From sequence record NC_048674.1: DNA of 64,000 nucleotides, one strand, 5' to 3'. Position numbers and translations under genes: made by a program. A model generated the notes under the pieces. That model did no database searches and was not told where the DNA came from. It worked only from the letters and a program-made list of their open reading frames with translations. Shown piece by piece: positions 30,660 through 44,900 of this stretch; position 1 is the first letter of the stretch, and each line of letters starts with the position of its first letter.

Positions 30660-31127
30660 GGAACGATAATGAAACTAATTGAACTGNATTGAGATTGTTA
30701 GTAGTGGACAGTCTGAGGTTTTGGTTGACCAATCGGGCTTTCATAATGTCTTAACCAANCTTGGTATTNATGATTNTGTGTTTGAGGACTTCATNNNAGC
30801 NGAAATTTGGGTAGAGAAAAACATTGTTCTTCATAAGGTGGATGGAGTTATCTATCTGTTCTATAAGGATTTGTATCTCGCTAAATGGAATTCCTATTGC
30901 AATCAATCTGGTTGTAATCTGTGTAACCGCGCTACACTTGAAAGTAAACAAAACCGTAACATTTCTAAGTTCATGTATGACCTGATGGAACTGTATATGG
31001 ACAAAGATGTTTATAAACAAAATCCATTCAAAAACTTGGAAATGAATGACGAAATTTAGTTGACGGGGTATCNCATTTATGGGATACTCTNTTTGTCGAT
31101 TGGGACATAACTATTGAGGAAGAAATC

Positions 31128-31982
31128 ATGACTATGAACAAATGGGAATCTCAAGGTGTTGGTAAGGCTCCGTTCCGTTGTGTTGGTATGTTCAAGATGC
31201 CTAACAAGGATACTGCAACTATGCAGGATTATGCGGCACTCCCTCAAGGTTATGGTGCTGGCTCCTGTCATGTGTGTGGTACTGGTATCATTTACAACTA
31301 CATGATCCACGATGCAGACGGCCAGAAATTCGTGGTTGGTTGTGAGTGTGTGAACTACACCAACGACACAACTCTGATTGATGCAGTCAAGGCCGAGCGT
31401 AAAGCTTTCAACAACGCACAGAAGGCCGCAGAAACTCGCAAACGCAACGAAGAGGAACGAGCGCGTAATGGTGGTCTAACTGATAAAGAAATGGCTCAGA
31501 AGGCCGTACAGGACGAATGGGACGCAAAGCGTAAAGTTTATCGTGAGACCAACAAAGAACTGTTCGATGCTGGGTTGGCTACTGGTTACGAATGGATTGA
31601 AGAGATCATCGAATCCTGTATCCATTACTGCTCTATGTCTGATGCACAAAAAACTGCAATTGAAAACGGTATTGCTGATTTCGAGTTCAAGAAAAATCAG
31701 TTGAATGAATTCTTCGGTGCTGTTGGTGATCGGGTGAAGAAAGTAGAACTCACCACCACTTTTGAGATGTGTGTTAAACAGGCTCAATATTACGGTGATT
31801 ATGATGTTTACCTCGCTGTGTTGATTGACTCGGAAGGTCGGACTTACAAATACATGGGTTCATCTTTGAAGTCCATCCCAACTAAGGGAAATACCGCCGT
31901 GATGTCATTCTCTATCAAGGCTCACGAAGAATATAAAGGGGTCAACCAGACTGTAATCCAGCGCCCCAAAATGCACGATTGA
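31128..31982 (+). CDS. Zn-finger + coiled coil + OB-fold-like protein
   Basis: CHVC...GCEC, then a charged helix, then C-terminal FGAVGDRV...D.EG..Y...K.HEEYKG..QT...RP. Confidence 0.65.
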   Translation: MTMNKWESQGVGKAPFRCVGMFKMPNKDTATMQDYAALPQGYGAGSCHVCGTGIIYNYMIHDADGQKFVVGCECVNYTNDTTLIDAVKAERKAFNNAQKAAETRKRNEEERARNGGLTDKEMAQKAVQDEWDAKRKVYRETNKELFDAGLATGYEWIEEIIESCIHYCSMSDAQKTAIENGIADFEFKKNQLNEFFGAVGDRVKKVELTTTFEMCVKQAQYYGDYDVYLAVLIDSEGRTYKYMGSSLKSIPTKGNTAVMSFSIKAHEEYKGVNQTVIQRPKMHD

Positions 31983-34900
31983 GTTGACGACTTACCGGGA
32001 GTGTGTAACAATACTCCCGCAACCTAACAAAGGAAATATTATGAAGACTATCAAAGAAGTTTACGAAGAATATAAATCAAAAGACAATGCAAGTATCCAT
32101 ATTGATCTTCTGGAACAAATTCGCAACCAAACTGAATACAATTTTTATCGTGGTGTCGATGGTGCCGCTGATTTCTTTGAAGATCAATCAGGGACTATGT
32201 TTATTGATGTAGATGGGAAAAATTGGTTTGTTTCTGCTCCACAAGTCAACATCCAACCCCGAATCTGGGCAACTAATCTCAAGGCTGATGAACCGTATGA
32301 TATTGTTGCTCTTATCGATGGTGTTCTTTATGAAAGTCCAGAGACATATTCGCGAAAAGAGTTTGTTATCGCATCTGTCAATCGTCTTAGGGAAGAACTG
32401 ACAAAAGAATTTGTCAAGGAGAACTGGAACAAAACAGGTTATAACAAACTGGCTTTCGATGTAGCAATTAAAGATTGGGATGATGATAATGCGAACTCTT
32501 AACATTTATGAAATCGGGGTAGACGAACCACCAATCCCCGGTTTAGAGATCTGTTATTTGGATCGTGGTTATTCGTTTGGCTTTGTGAACGACCATCTTA
32601 AAATGGGTGTTGTTGGTGTAGCCTGTAAGCCCGGTGATGAAGACCGGGATGATTACTTTTATGGAGAAATCGATTGGGCCGACTGCGATGACCAATTCTT
32701 TAACGAAGAAGGATATCCCCATTCTCCATATCTCTATATTGATGATATGGAGAACCAACTTGAGGAAGGTGACAAGTGGGCTTACTTCCACGAATATAAT
32801 GATGCGTTTGGGGTGACTGATATTTTTCCTTTCCAAGAGGGTGAATCTTTGGAGATCGCAATCAAGCATAGCATCGTAGAGGAACTAAGTAGGGAACAGA
32901 CTGTTATCAAGAAAGGATCTATTAGTAACGATGGATATCCACGACCAGACTGCGATTTGTATTACACAGACATTAAAGTTTGGTACAATGGGAAACGATA
33001 TCTGTTGAAATTTAGCTCAACAAAACCAGATGTTCCGTGTGGTCGTTTGTTTAGTTATGAATCTATTGATGAGGTATAAAAATGAGTAGTGGAAAAGCAG
33101 TATTACGCAACGCAGCTAAACAAGCACGATGGGAACGGAATACTAGTCGTCTCATCAAAAAATACCTTCTCCGTGGTTATGATGGGGAATATAATTGTTC
33201 ATCTGCAAAATCAAGATTTGATTTGTTTGTCAATTATTGTGGTATATATTCACTCTATCGTTACGAGCCTGCATCTGGTATTGGTACAAAAATAGAAAAT
33301 CTTTGTAAAAAGAAAGGGATAGATACAAAACTTTTTAGTTTTTCAAAATGTTTGATAAATGGCCCGTTTCTATCCATCTATGGTCACAGTAAAGAATTTT
33401 TAAAATTCCTAGATCTGATTGATATTAGGTACATGTATGAAACATTTGGTAAACAACCGCATATTAGTATTATTTTGAATCAGGATATTGGGGATAAGGT
33501 TAAAAAACCGAAGTCCAAGAAGCCCGTTAATGTTTCAACCGAAACCATCACAGTAAAAAATACATCAGAGTTTGAATACATCAAAGATACAATCGATAAT
33601 ATCATCAAAGAGAAAGCGATTGCAGAAAACAAAGTAATTTTCCTTAACTCTCAACTAGAAGAGGCAAAGGGTATGATGCGTCGATTGGTCAAGGATTACA
33701 TCTGATGTGTTCGAAAGAAGAACTTAGATTTTTCTTAATGTCAAACTATCGACATTCAAGGTTCAAAGATAGAAATACTGGATTTTGGATTGACTATCAG
33801 GATATTATCACAGATAATCACAACGAGGCTCTATTGAAGTATGGGAGGTCGATGATCTCCCAACATGATAGTATCAATGGGCAGATTTTAGTGTTTGACA
33901 AAGACCTAAACAAAAAGTATATTGATTATGTCGAGACCCCAAAGCAGTCTCAAACCCTTACACACTTATTTTGAGGTTAAAAATGAAACTTGTTCAAGTT
34001 GATGGTATTCCGAAAAAAGGTTACTTTGTTGTTACTGGTATCAGTAATTTTCAAGAAACTCCGTTCCCGTTTGGTGAATCTTTTTATGCAGACGGGAACG
34101 GTCGTATTTTTGAATATGAAAATGAATATGACACATGGGAACATGATATTACCGATTCTCTTTATTTCAAGGACTGGGCTGATGTAAAATATTTTGTAAT
34201 CGAGGAATAATTATGGATTTCATTATTCGTTATTGTCATATGTTCGCCTCTTTCCTGTTCGCCTTTCTGAACAATATTTATTATTGGGTTCCTGCTTATG
34301 GTATCGAATGGTTCCTGATCATCGTTGTGATCACTATCATTGGTGTTGGTATTGGGAAAAAATACGAACAAAAGAAACAACAAGATGAGCAATTCGATTT
34401 CGGAACTCCATCAAAATAAGGNTTTNNTATGTATATTCAACATAATCTAAAAGTGGATGAACTGGTTAGGATAATTGATGAGATCTCCCCTGACCTAGCG
34501 CGTCGAGTTGATGATATGATTGAATCAGAAATTGAAGAGGCTATGGATTCTTGGGGTGATCAGGAAGAGTTTGAGAAGGGGTGTCATAAGGAATCTGTTC
34601 GTGCTGCAATCCACTTCTCCAAGTACCCAGAATGGTTAAAAGACAATGATGCATCAAAAGAAACGTATTACGTGAACTACGTATATCGTCCTTTTCATAT
34701 GGATAACCACAACGTGTCTATAACGCGATTTAACAACGACACATGGTCAATTGATATCAGTATGGGTACGGTTGGTCAAGATGGTTGGAAAGGATTTCTG
34801 AGGGGTTCTGTTGAGGATGTACAGCGCGAAGTAGTTGACACGGTTCTTGATTTACTTCAAGATGGTTTGTATCTAAAAATTAATGATTGAGGGACTTTAT

Positions 34901-37900
34901 GATCGTATTTATTGGTTTTGATGATGATATGAATGTGGTNGAAATTACAGAATGTACCCCTACTCGTATTGANGTTATGGANATGATGGTAAAATCTCAN
35001 CATNCCGTTTGTGTGGTTGTTGATGTGNAAGAAGAACAGATCGACACTTGGATTGATAGNGANTGTTCAACNCTTNNNGANGACCTAGCAGANCTAGATA
35101 TGTGCGGTATGGTAATAGCAAAAATTGACAATCGGAAATTTTAAAATGAAAAAATTAGAACTCCCAATNGGGACTGTTATCCCCCGTGGTTACATTGTNG
35201 GGATCACNAGTTGGGAAAACGACGGTGATTATTACCANACCATTTACCANACTGGTCTGACTCGNGATGANGTCGATTTCTTCCGTGTTATTGCTCCGTT
35301 TTTTAACAGCGCAAATGATTGGAAAGAGCCGGGTTATGGTAATGATCCTTACACAGATGCATTAGTTTTTGAGTTGTTTGATAAACTCGAAGAAAATCCG
35401 CATATGGCTAACCAGTTCAAGCGCTTTCTTGATATCGATTGCAATGTGATTGATGAAGAAGAGGGTGTTCCTAATTGGGTAACTATCCTAGAAACTATCA
35501 AGAAAAATATCACTCATGAAGCAACCTATTATGACGGTGATTTTATTCGTGTTGTAGAAAGTATTGATGTTTGGTTCATTCATGATGAATTTGAGATCAA
35601 AGAAATTCCAGCTAATTTTGTAGAGAGTATAAAATGAAAATGTTTTCAACTGTAACAAGTCTATTAACTGTACGAAACATCAAATTCTTTGAGTTCTACA
35701 TCAAAGATATTTGTAGTGGTGAACTTAGTTGGTTTACTTATGATGGTTTTGGTTATTTATTCAAAAAAGATACAAATGAATTCGTAGATTGTGAAATCGA
35801 TTATGATGATCCGGAAAACCCACAAAAGGTTGTAGATTCTTTTATCAACAGTCCTTGTGACCTTCCACATCGATTCTCTCTTGTAGACCAGATCGACCAG
35901 CTTCAAGAGGAACTGAAAGACCGGTTGTATCAAGATTTTCGTTTTAATCGCGACATGACAGATAAAAAGTAGTTGACGNGANTACGGGGGTATGAGATTA
36001 TACCCCNGTACCAACAAAGGAGAGAAAAGATGATTAACNCAGAATTCAAAAAAGCNGTTGCTGAGTTTTTCAACACTCATATCGAAGATCAGAAGATGAC
36101 ATTCGAATCCTTTGATGCTAAAGTTTTGTGGTGTGGTAAGCAGATCAATGATAAAACTCCTGTTGGTCGTGCGGCCATTATGTTTGCAATGTCTAAAGTA
36201 AAGGTGTGATTATGAAATTTAAAAAAAATCAAGAGATTGTATGCGTTAACAACCTTGAAATGGAAGGTGTTTTGGTTGTAGGTCAAACATATCTTGTTGA
36301 CAAATACACAAGTCTTATGTCTGGTGACATCGTTCAACTATTCGGGGTTAAAATTCAATTATCTCCAACTCGTTTTCTCCCACTTGGTCATAAAAACGAG
36401 TTGGAGATTATGAGTCTATATTATAAAGTTCGTGAACTTGATGGCGAAATTGAAGAATGTTTTAATATTGAAGCATTGACAGGGGTTGACCATTATTGGA
36501 AGCGGGAAAAACTCCGTGGGCAGATCGATGATATCGAACAAGATATCGAAAAATTGAGGAAAGACGAATGATTTTCTGGAAAAAGAATACTTGGGGGAGA
36601 TTGGCTATCGGTGATTCATTTAATGATGGTAACCTCAAGTCGAAAATCGTTGATCTAAACCATGTGTATGGTCAGATCAAACTAGATAACGGTATAGAGA
36701 TCAAATTTGATTCTGTGCACAGTTACTATTACAAAACACAAACATCTCACTGTAACACAACGCAGTGGCATTACGCCTTTATTGATGGTGGTTTGTATAC
36801 GTTCGGAGAACGTGAAGAACTTAAGATTGGTGATGTTGTAAGAGCGTCTTATTATGACGACGCAGACCGTCTTAAACATGTATGTTTTGTGGTAAAAGAT
36901 TTCTTTAAGTCCGACTCTATTATTGTTGATATCGGAGAAAACGAAGAAATACTAACGGTTGGTTATGGTCATTTGATCACACTTTACAACGACGACCTAC
37001 CTTCTTATTTTTGTAACGACCTTGANGTTGGTGTTGGTGGTNTGGTTGANAGGATCCGAGATGAACNACGGGCTTGTTAAACTTGAGGTTGAAGGTANAG
37101 AGGAATGGGTTGACTCATTCCTCAACCTNAATAAAATTCCNTATNTATCAATTGGNTCGGCTAGAATCTTTAAGATGAACAAAGAAAGTGCTTGCTATAT
37201 GACGAAATGTAGTTCATCATACGTTACCGATGACGATATTGAACTTTACAAAATAGAATATGGGGTGTAAAGTGCATTATACATTGTGGTTTGACTACTG
37301 GAATAATTCAGCTTCTGTGTTTGAAACTCATCTCGAACTATCAGGAATAAAATACGAATGGGAAGAACGAGAGGGGGATGAATCCACCATGGGGCTGGAT
37401 GGTCTTGTTTATGAGTTTTTCAGTGAAGAAGACCTAGAAAAAGCAAGTAATATTTATTTGGATATGTGAGATTTTATGACATTTCTTAATGTTTTTGTTC
37501 TTGAAACCGTGATTGGTGTTGTAGTAATATTTGGTCTGTTGGTCTGGCTTGAAGTTCGTAAGGAAAAGTAGCTATGAAGATTGTCTCAGTAGATTTCGTT
37601 AACATCATCAAAAAAGAACTTGTTGATAAAAACCTTCTTCGATATGGCGTTGACGTCGGTGTAATTACTGACGTCAAAGTAACTATTGGCGGAAGCTATC
37701 GCGTATTCGTCGGAAGAAAATCATATGTTTATCGACATTGTGATGAAATAGCTATTGCTTTTTAAAAATAGTTCGGCTACATTATCCATATCGAAACAAG
37801 AGGAAGAAATCATGACTGCTAACGAATATGAAGTAAACAAGGCCACCCGTATCGCAGAAATGCAAAAGAATGCGGATTATATCCTTTCTAAGGTAGATCC

Positions 37901-40900
37901 TGTTCTTCTCCCATACATTCAGGCATATCCTAGCTGGTGTATTGGGCAAGCCGATACTACCGTTGCATTCATTGCAACTGGTAAAGAGGTTGAAACTGGA
38001 GTCGAATACTTCAATGGGCGAATCATTCAATTCATCATGCACGAAGATGAAACAAAGTTTAAAGTCCTTTTGAGTAGTGTTGGTAAGCCGGTACTTCGTA
38101 AGAAGAAAACCCAACTTGAAGCATGTGATGCAGTAATCAAGTTCTTTAATGAAAACGTCGAAAACTTTATGGCTGTTGTAGCCAAATTTAACTGAGGAAA
38201 TTATTATGTTTGAATATATTAACGCTTGGTTGTTTACTTTGTCTGCTGGAGAATGTTTTTCTCTGGTACTTATGGTTATTGGTACATACTTCCATTGGAA
38301 CGCCCCACTTCTTCGTATTGCGGTAATCAATAACAAACTGTTTGGTGATGGCAAACTGACTGTTAGTCAACACCCAATTGGTACTATTACCGAGATCCTT
38401 TGGTATTACGGCATCTATTACTTTGTTACTCTGTAAGGACTGGATATGAATATAAAGCTAAATGATTTTGTCAAGAAAATGAAGTTTGGTTATTATACAG
38501 TCTATATGAAAGGTGATATCCAAATGTTTGTTCATGTTACTGAGGGGCGCAAGATCTCAGCTAATCCATTAGGAAACCACCAAGTCTATATGTCCAGTAC
38601 TGAGTTTCAAGAAAAACATGGTGATGATATTGTGCATATCGAGAATGGGGTCAATACTCCTGCTGGGCATGATGTAAATCAGGTGATAACAGACAGACTA
38701 CAGGTAGGATCAACAGGGAAAATCGTAGAATATGGGTATGATGATGTATACGATTTCTTTGTATCTGAAATGTGTATACAAGGTGAAGATGTTTTAGTAA
38801 TGACATACTACACATCCAAGGATAATATCAAGTCTTGTTCTATTGCAACAGTCAATGATATCATACTTTCATATTCAGAGGTACAACTATGAAAGACATA
38901 ATCAAAAAAATTGATATTGGTACTATGTTTTGGGATGGTCGTTTTGGTCCATTCAAATGCACAAAGAAGCCAGAATTTACCAAGGTTAACGCAAATCGTG
39001 ACGATGGGTATATCTGGGAAGCCACAGACAAGTTTGGTCTGGTACATGAATTTTTGTGGATTGAGAAATATTCTCATTATGGTCCCAAAATTTACCTTTA
39101 TAAGGCTTATATGAATTCGGGGGATTTTTAAAATGAAATTTCGAGAAGACACACGAAAAAGTTTAAAATAGTAGTTGCATTATAAGCCCGTTCATGTAGA
39201 ATGGGCTTTGTTGATTCGGAGGAAGTGATATGAACCATTACGTTGAACTGAACATGAAAAAGTTAGAATCACTTGGTAAACAGGCCGCATACTGTCGAAA
39301 TATGTTGTCAAAAGACCTTGATGATAGCGCCAAAAAAGAATATACTGGTCTTCTCATCGATTACGAGCAAGAGATTAAAGAAATCCAAGCTCGTTTAGAA
39401 GAAATGATTAACGACCCATGGTTCAACTAAGAGGTAATATCATGAAAAATTTTGAACTCCTTCCTACTGGTGCTTACGCAGTTGAAGTGAAATGGTTGTC
39501 TGGGCACAGCGAAGAAATGGCAGAGCGTTTCTTCAAGCGTCATGGTATCAATTACGAAAAGGTATCTATTGGTTGGGGTAACTCCTTCGTCATCACAGAC
39601 GGCCAGTATAAAGGGTTCTATGATGTTCACGCAGACCCAGCAAACCGAACCATTCTCATCCTTCAAGATCTCGGATAATTTGGAGATATAACATGACTTA
39701 CGAACAATCCCACAAAATCATCGACCAGATCAAAGTTTTGGAAGATATTATTAAAAACGGTATCTCCGTAACAACTTCTGGTGGCACCGACAACCATTGG
39801 ATCTACAGCAATACTATTCGGAATGAAGTCAATAAGGCAGCTAAAGCACAAGCTCGTATTGAACTCGACCAATGTAAAGAACAACTGAAACAATTTTTGA
39901 ATGGGAAATAAGATGAAAAAGAAATATAAGTTTAAAAGTCAAAATACTTGGGATTTGTTTATCACCAACAACAATATAGATTTATATAATAGCATCAGGG
40001 ATGTATGTGAATATCCGAAATGGTTTACTATTGAAGAGGATGAATTATTTCGACCGATTGTCATTAGTGAAGACCGAAAAACAGTTAACTACCATCCGTG
40101 GCACAAAATACCATTTACCAAATCTGAGATGGAATCTTTTCTTGATTCAGAAGAAATTATTTTGAGTGGTCAACCAGAGTTCACAAAGACTATGATGATG
40201 GAATGGGCTATGAACGACCCAGAAGTATCTGAGTATGTCAAGGATAAATTCGTTCAGAGTCATATTAAAAGTAAAGAAAGTATGTTGACAAAAGAACTAC
40301 AACAGATTAAGATTCGAGAACGTGATATTTACAAAGAACTTGAGTCGGTAGGCTCGAATATCACCCCATCAAATTTTAGTATTGACATTGAGGAATAAAA
40401 TATGCGCAATTTTAACAGTAATCAGCCTTGGTTTTTCCGCCACTTCAACAAGATCTTTACCGTGTTCTTTATCGGTGTTCTCTTGATGATTGCAGCACAA
40501 GTCGCTCTTGTTGGTTATGCTGCCGTTAACGTACAGGAACAGGGCCTTAAAGGCGTTGCTGAGTCTATCTGGTGTGGTAGCAACCAAAACACCGATGAAT
40601 GCAAGGAATCGATTCGTGGGGCGTTTATCGATATGCTGAAAGAGGGTAAGTGATGGAGATTAATCTGAGTAGTTTTTCACCTTATACACCAAAAACCCCC
40701 GGAACCTACTTATGGAATAGCGGATCCACTAACAAGCCAGATATTCGTTCTATTATTGTTGTTCTTTTCCCACAGAAATCTCAGTACGGACTTGATTGGG
40801 ATGCATATCTGGGTGTTCCGTCTATGGGTGGCCGAAACGTCGGTCATCTCAAAGGTTCTTTCCTTAAATTGGAGTTTGTGTAATGCAATACATTTTGACA

Positions 40901-41188
40901 GAAGAAGAGTATAAAGAACTGAAAGCCGTTCAAAAACGTAATGTAATGGACAACAAGAAACAGCTTCAACAACTTTGCACCAAGATTGCTAACACAATGC
41001 CTGTGTTTTACTGGAACCGGAAAGAAGCAGAAATCTGGGGCTGTATCCATAACGAAGCAATCGATAATGAGGTCTGGGAAGAAGTGACCGAACCCGGTGT
41101 AGAAGTCAAGTACACATCCGGATACTGTGATGAATGTCCGGTACAAGACATCTGCCCTACCGAATACAAGCGATGGAGTAAATGACCA

Positions 41189-41905
41189 ATGGCTAAGATC
41201 AGCAAACAGGCGTTGAAACTCCATAATAAGGCTATGGATCTTGTTCACTCGGATAAGGAACTTTCATGGAATGAGCGTCTTTTTATCCTTGAGAATTACC
41301 AAGAAGGTGCTACCCAGATGAATGGCCTTGCTGGTGCATTCTTCACCCCAGTTATGTTAGCTCGTGATGCTATGATCGAAGTTAACCAAGACCGTTCTGT
41401 ATTGGATCTATGTGCTGGTATTGGTGGTCTGTCTTTCTGGTTGTATGACAACGATGTCACTTGTGTTGAGTTGAACCACGAATATTTTGAGGTTGGTAAA
41501 CGAGTCGTACCTCATGCAAACTGGATCCGTGGTGATGCACTGGAATACTGTGATAACACTAATGACCGGTTTGATTTTTGTATTAGCAATCCACCTTTTG
41601 GAAACATCAATACATCTGGTTATAAAGGTCGGTATACTGGCGCAGAATTCGAATATAAGGTAATAGAGGCCGCTAGTAAGGTATCTGAATTCGGGGTCTT
41701 TATTATCCCTCAGATGAGTGCTGGATTTAAATATAGCGGAGTACGTTCGTTCTGTGATAAAGAACCGTCAAATAAGTATTTGAAGTTTACCGAGCAAACA
41801 GGGATCCGTCTTGAACCGGGATGTGGTGTAGACACTTCGATTTATCTTTCTGAATGGCATGGGGTAAGTCCCATGGTCGAAATAGCAACAGCGGAATTTT
41901 ATTGA
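41189..41905 (+). CDS. DNA amino-methyltransferase (probably N6-adenine)
   Basis: GAFFTP (motif X), VLDLCAGIGGL (SAM binding), ISNPPFG (motif IV), gamma-type motif order. Confidence 0.85.
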   Translation: MAKISKQALKLHNKAMDLVHSDKELSWNERLFILENYQEGATQMNGLAGAFFTPVMLARDAMIEVNQDRSVLDLCAGIGGLSFWLYDNDVTCVELNHEYFEVGKRVVPHANWIRGDALEYCDNTNDRFDFCISNPPFGNINTSGYKGRYTGAEFEYKVIEAASKVSEFGVFIIPQMSAGFKYSGVRSFCDKEPSNKYLKFTEQTGIRLEPGCGVDTSIYLSEWHGVSPMVEIATAEFY

Positions 41906-41906
41906 T

Positions 41907-44900
41907 GAAACATACGTACCAAGTAGTAACAACAAAAACAATTGATATTACAGTTTCTCAATTTGTCAAGAAATATCTTAAAGAAATTCGTGTATGGGAA
42001 GATGAATATGATTTCTTTGTTGATGACCCCACGAGTCGAGGTGATGGGTTTTTAATGCGCAAATTTTCTCTCCCAAAAAGTCTTTTCTCTATGGATATCA
42101 GACACTTTAGTTGGGAAAAGGATAAGAACAAAGCTATGGTTTCTCATATCATTGATATTCTTGAAAAGAATTATAAGGGGTAAAAGATGAGTCAGATGAA
42201 AGAATATGAGGTAAGAAAAGAGATTAGTGGATACGTTCGCGGACACAAAACTGCTTATGTATATGCAAACTCAGAAGAGGAAGCAATCGACATTGCGAAG
42301 AAAACTGATTGTTGGGGCGAATTGGATATCATCCGAGACGACACCGAAACACAAGATATTTGGTGTCTGTAGGTATATAAGTAGTTGACAAAAGGTGTAT
42401 TGGATGAGACCATATCAATACACCGACAAAGGAGAAAGTATGGTTTATATCACTTCGTATTATAGTAATGTACTTGGGAAAACCACGATCAGCCTTTCTG
42501 GGAAAAAGGTTCGTGGGAAAACTCATAGTGTTAAAGATGATCTCAAGGAGATCCGGAAGGAGATTAACCGTCTTGTTCCAGTCGAGGATCGAATGGTTAA
42601 AGGGGTTGATACCTTGACAATCACGTACTTCCCACATATGGATGTCGAAAGTTATATGGTTTCCCCAAGTATTCAATTTTAAGGTGATTTATGATTGATT
42701 TTGATAATGTAAGTGAATTCTACGGTGAAAGTTGGCATGTTGATTCATACAAGTATGTTAAATGTGAACACGCATTGGCTAACCTTAAAGGATTGTTTCC
42801 TAACATCAAGTGGGTTTATGTTCTGAAACAGATCCCGTTTGATGGTCAAGAGGCTTATAATCCACCAACAGTAGATGGTGATTGTTTGGATATTTGTGCT
42901 CGTGATTACGTGATTGTCACAGAAGAAGGGAAAATCATCTCGTTGGGTACTAGTGAATGGGGTCATCTCGAAGAGATGAACACAGACAAGTTTGAGGTGA
43001 TAAATGAGTAAGAAAGAAAAAGTAGAAAAACATGCACATCTAGTTGATAAATGGGTTTTAACCGAATCCGTTAATGTTGGTGGTGTTGTTGCGTCAAAAC
43101 CTCGCCTTGTAACCAAAGTTTCCGGGGATCGAGTTTATATTTCTCGACGAATACCAGCAGGTTTGAATCGACAATCTACTGAATTAGAGGAAGATTCTTT
43201 TGTGAGTTCCAAGAAAGTTCTGTATGTGTTTGATTCGGAAGAGGTTGCGTTTGAGGCAGCCAATCAATGTTATACTTTGTGGAGTTCTTGGTTTTTTAAT
43301 CAGAAACAAAATATGATTAATGAAAGTCAGAGGATCCTAAAGGAACTCAGTAATGGATAAGGTTTATACTTATAAATTTTATGAACACCCGATAACACAG
43401 CTATATCGGATCCGGATTTATGACGGACATCCAAAAGGAGGTTGGTATCGTCAACTTACCTCTATTGAGGGTTTGTCGGTCGTATCCTAAACAGATGGTA
43501 TGATAAACATATGGGTGTTATTGACAAGGGCGTATTTGGTCGATATGATCCATGTGATTCCGGTAATAATGAACGGATGAATAAAGCCATAGGTGAAACA
43601 GACTACTACAAAAATCAAGAAATTTATTTTGATAGTGTATGGGACTTCTATGAACATATAGGTTATAATCGTAGTGACAAAAAGGTGAGTACGTTAGATA
43701 ATCTCATCATCAACTGGAAAATTGAAAAGGAATAAAAATGAATATTAATAAATCAAGCTGGCACTATCGTCTGAACAACAAAATGTTTGATACAATCCCA
43801 ACTAGTTTGTGTCCATATTTTTGGAAAACTGTTTGGGCATTGGTTCTGATATCCGGTATGTCAACCCTGTTTATTTTTGCCCTATCTGGGATTGGATTGT
43901 CGATTCTAAAAGCATTTGGTATCACCAGTGGTCTCGTTTTGATAACTTCTCCTTTGATTGGTTTTGTATTTGCTGTGATTGCGATTGTGATTATAGTTGG
44001 GTTTTTCTTCCTTTGTGACCATATGAAGAGTTCTATGCGCCGAAAGAAATTGCAACGAGACGCTAAGAAAAAAGCAAATGGGGAATACAAAGAATCGTTG
44101 ATTACATCTTTCCTGAAAGCGAAGAAAGAAAAAATCTGCCCTTCCCTGAAATTTGTTGATTAAACATGTTGACAAGAGGATATCAATAAAGGTATCCTGT
44201 TTTTTGTTGAAACAAAACACAATTAAGGAATTTTTATTATGAGCGTATCTACTTCTATTTTTGTTGACATCAGCAATCACAACATGAACATCACCGACAT
44301 AGGCCACGTTGTTCATCGTCTCATTCAGAAAATCAACATAGCGAACACAGTTGGTAACGTTGGTGGATTTGCAACAATTCACTCTTACGATTTCCAAAGC
44401 TTTGTAATCGTATTTAACACGGAAAGCGGAAAGCGAAGTGTGTTTATGTGTACAGTTTCTCAAAAAGAGGAAATTGATGGTTTGGTTTATGATGGCGATA
44501 AAGTTTATATATCCCTTGGTCACAACCAAGAAGGTATTCGTATCATGAAGATGGTTGCGGAAAGCCTTGTTCAAGAATTTGATGACCTTCCGGTATTCTT
44601 CCGCGAATCCAACTCTTTCTATCATGAAAATAACGAATGGGTACAAGTAAAATGAAAAATTTCGATAAATGGCCCAATGCTAAAGTAGTGATGGAACACA
44701 TGGACACCCTTATGTGGTTGATGGGGTATCGCCCAAACAACGGGAAAGGTTGGACTGGCTACTACTACGATGGGATTATTAAACAACAGAAGGTTATGAT
44801 TAACCTGTCTTGGCAGGAAGCTCGTACCTTGTGTGTTAATGTATTTGATACCGTATCGATGCCGTTATACCGAGTTATAAACGGGGTTCGAATTTCCGCC

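Larger units (their letters stand above)
27663..41185 (+). other. Run of small hypothetical early ORFs
   Basis: Examples: 27663-27944, 27948-28304, 28610-28924, 28926-29207, 29512-29745, 29806-30000, 30002-30241, 30679-31059, 32041-32502, 32480-33079, 33082-33705, 33705-33974, 33971-34210, 34213-34419, 34429-34890, 34887-35144, 35125-35637, 35634-35972, 36206-36571, 36568-37080, 37260-37469, 37574-37765, 37755-38195, 38206-38436, 38446-38892, 38889-39131, 39230-39430, 39418-39678, 39693-39911, 39913-40398, 40402-40653, 40650-40883, 40883-41185. Confidence 0.65.
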
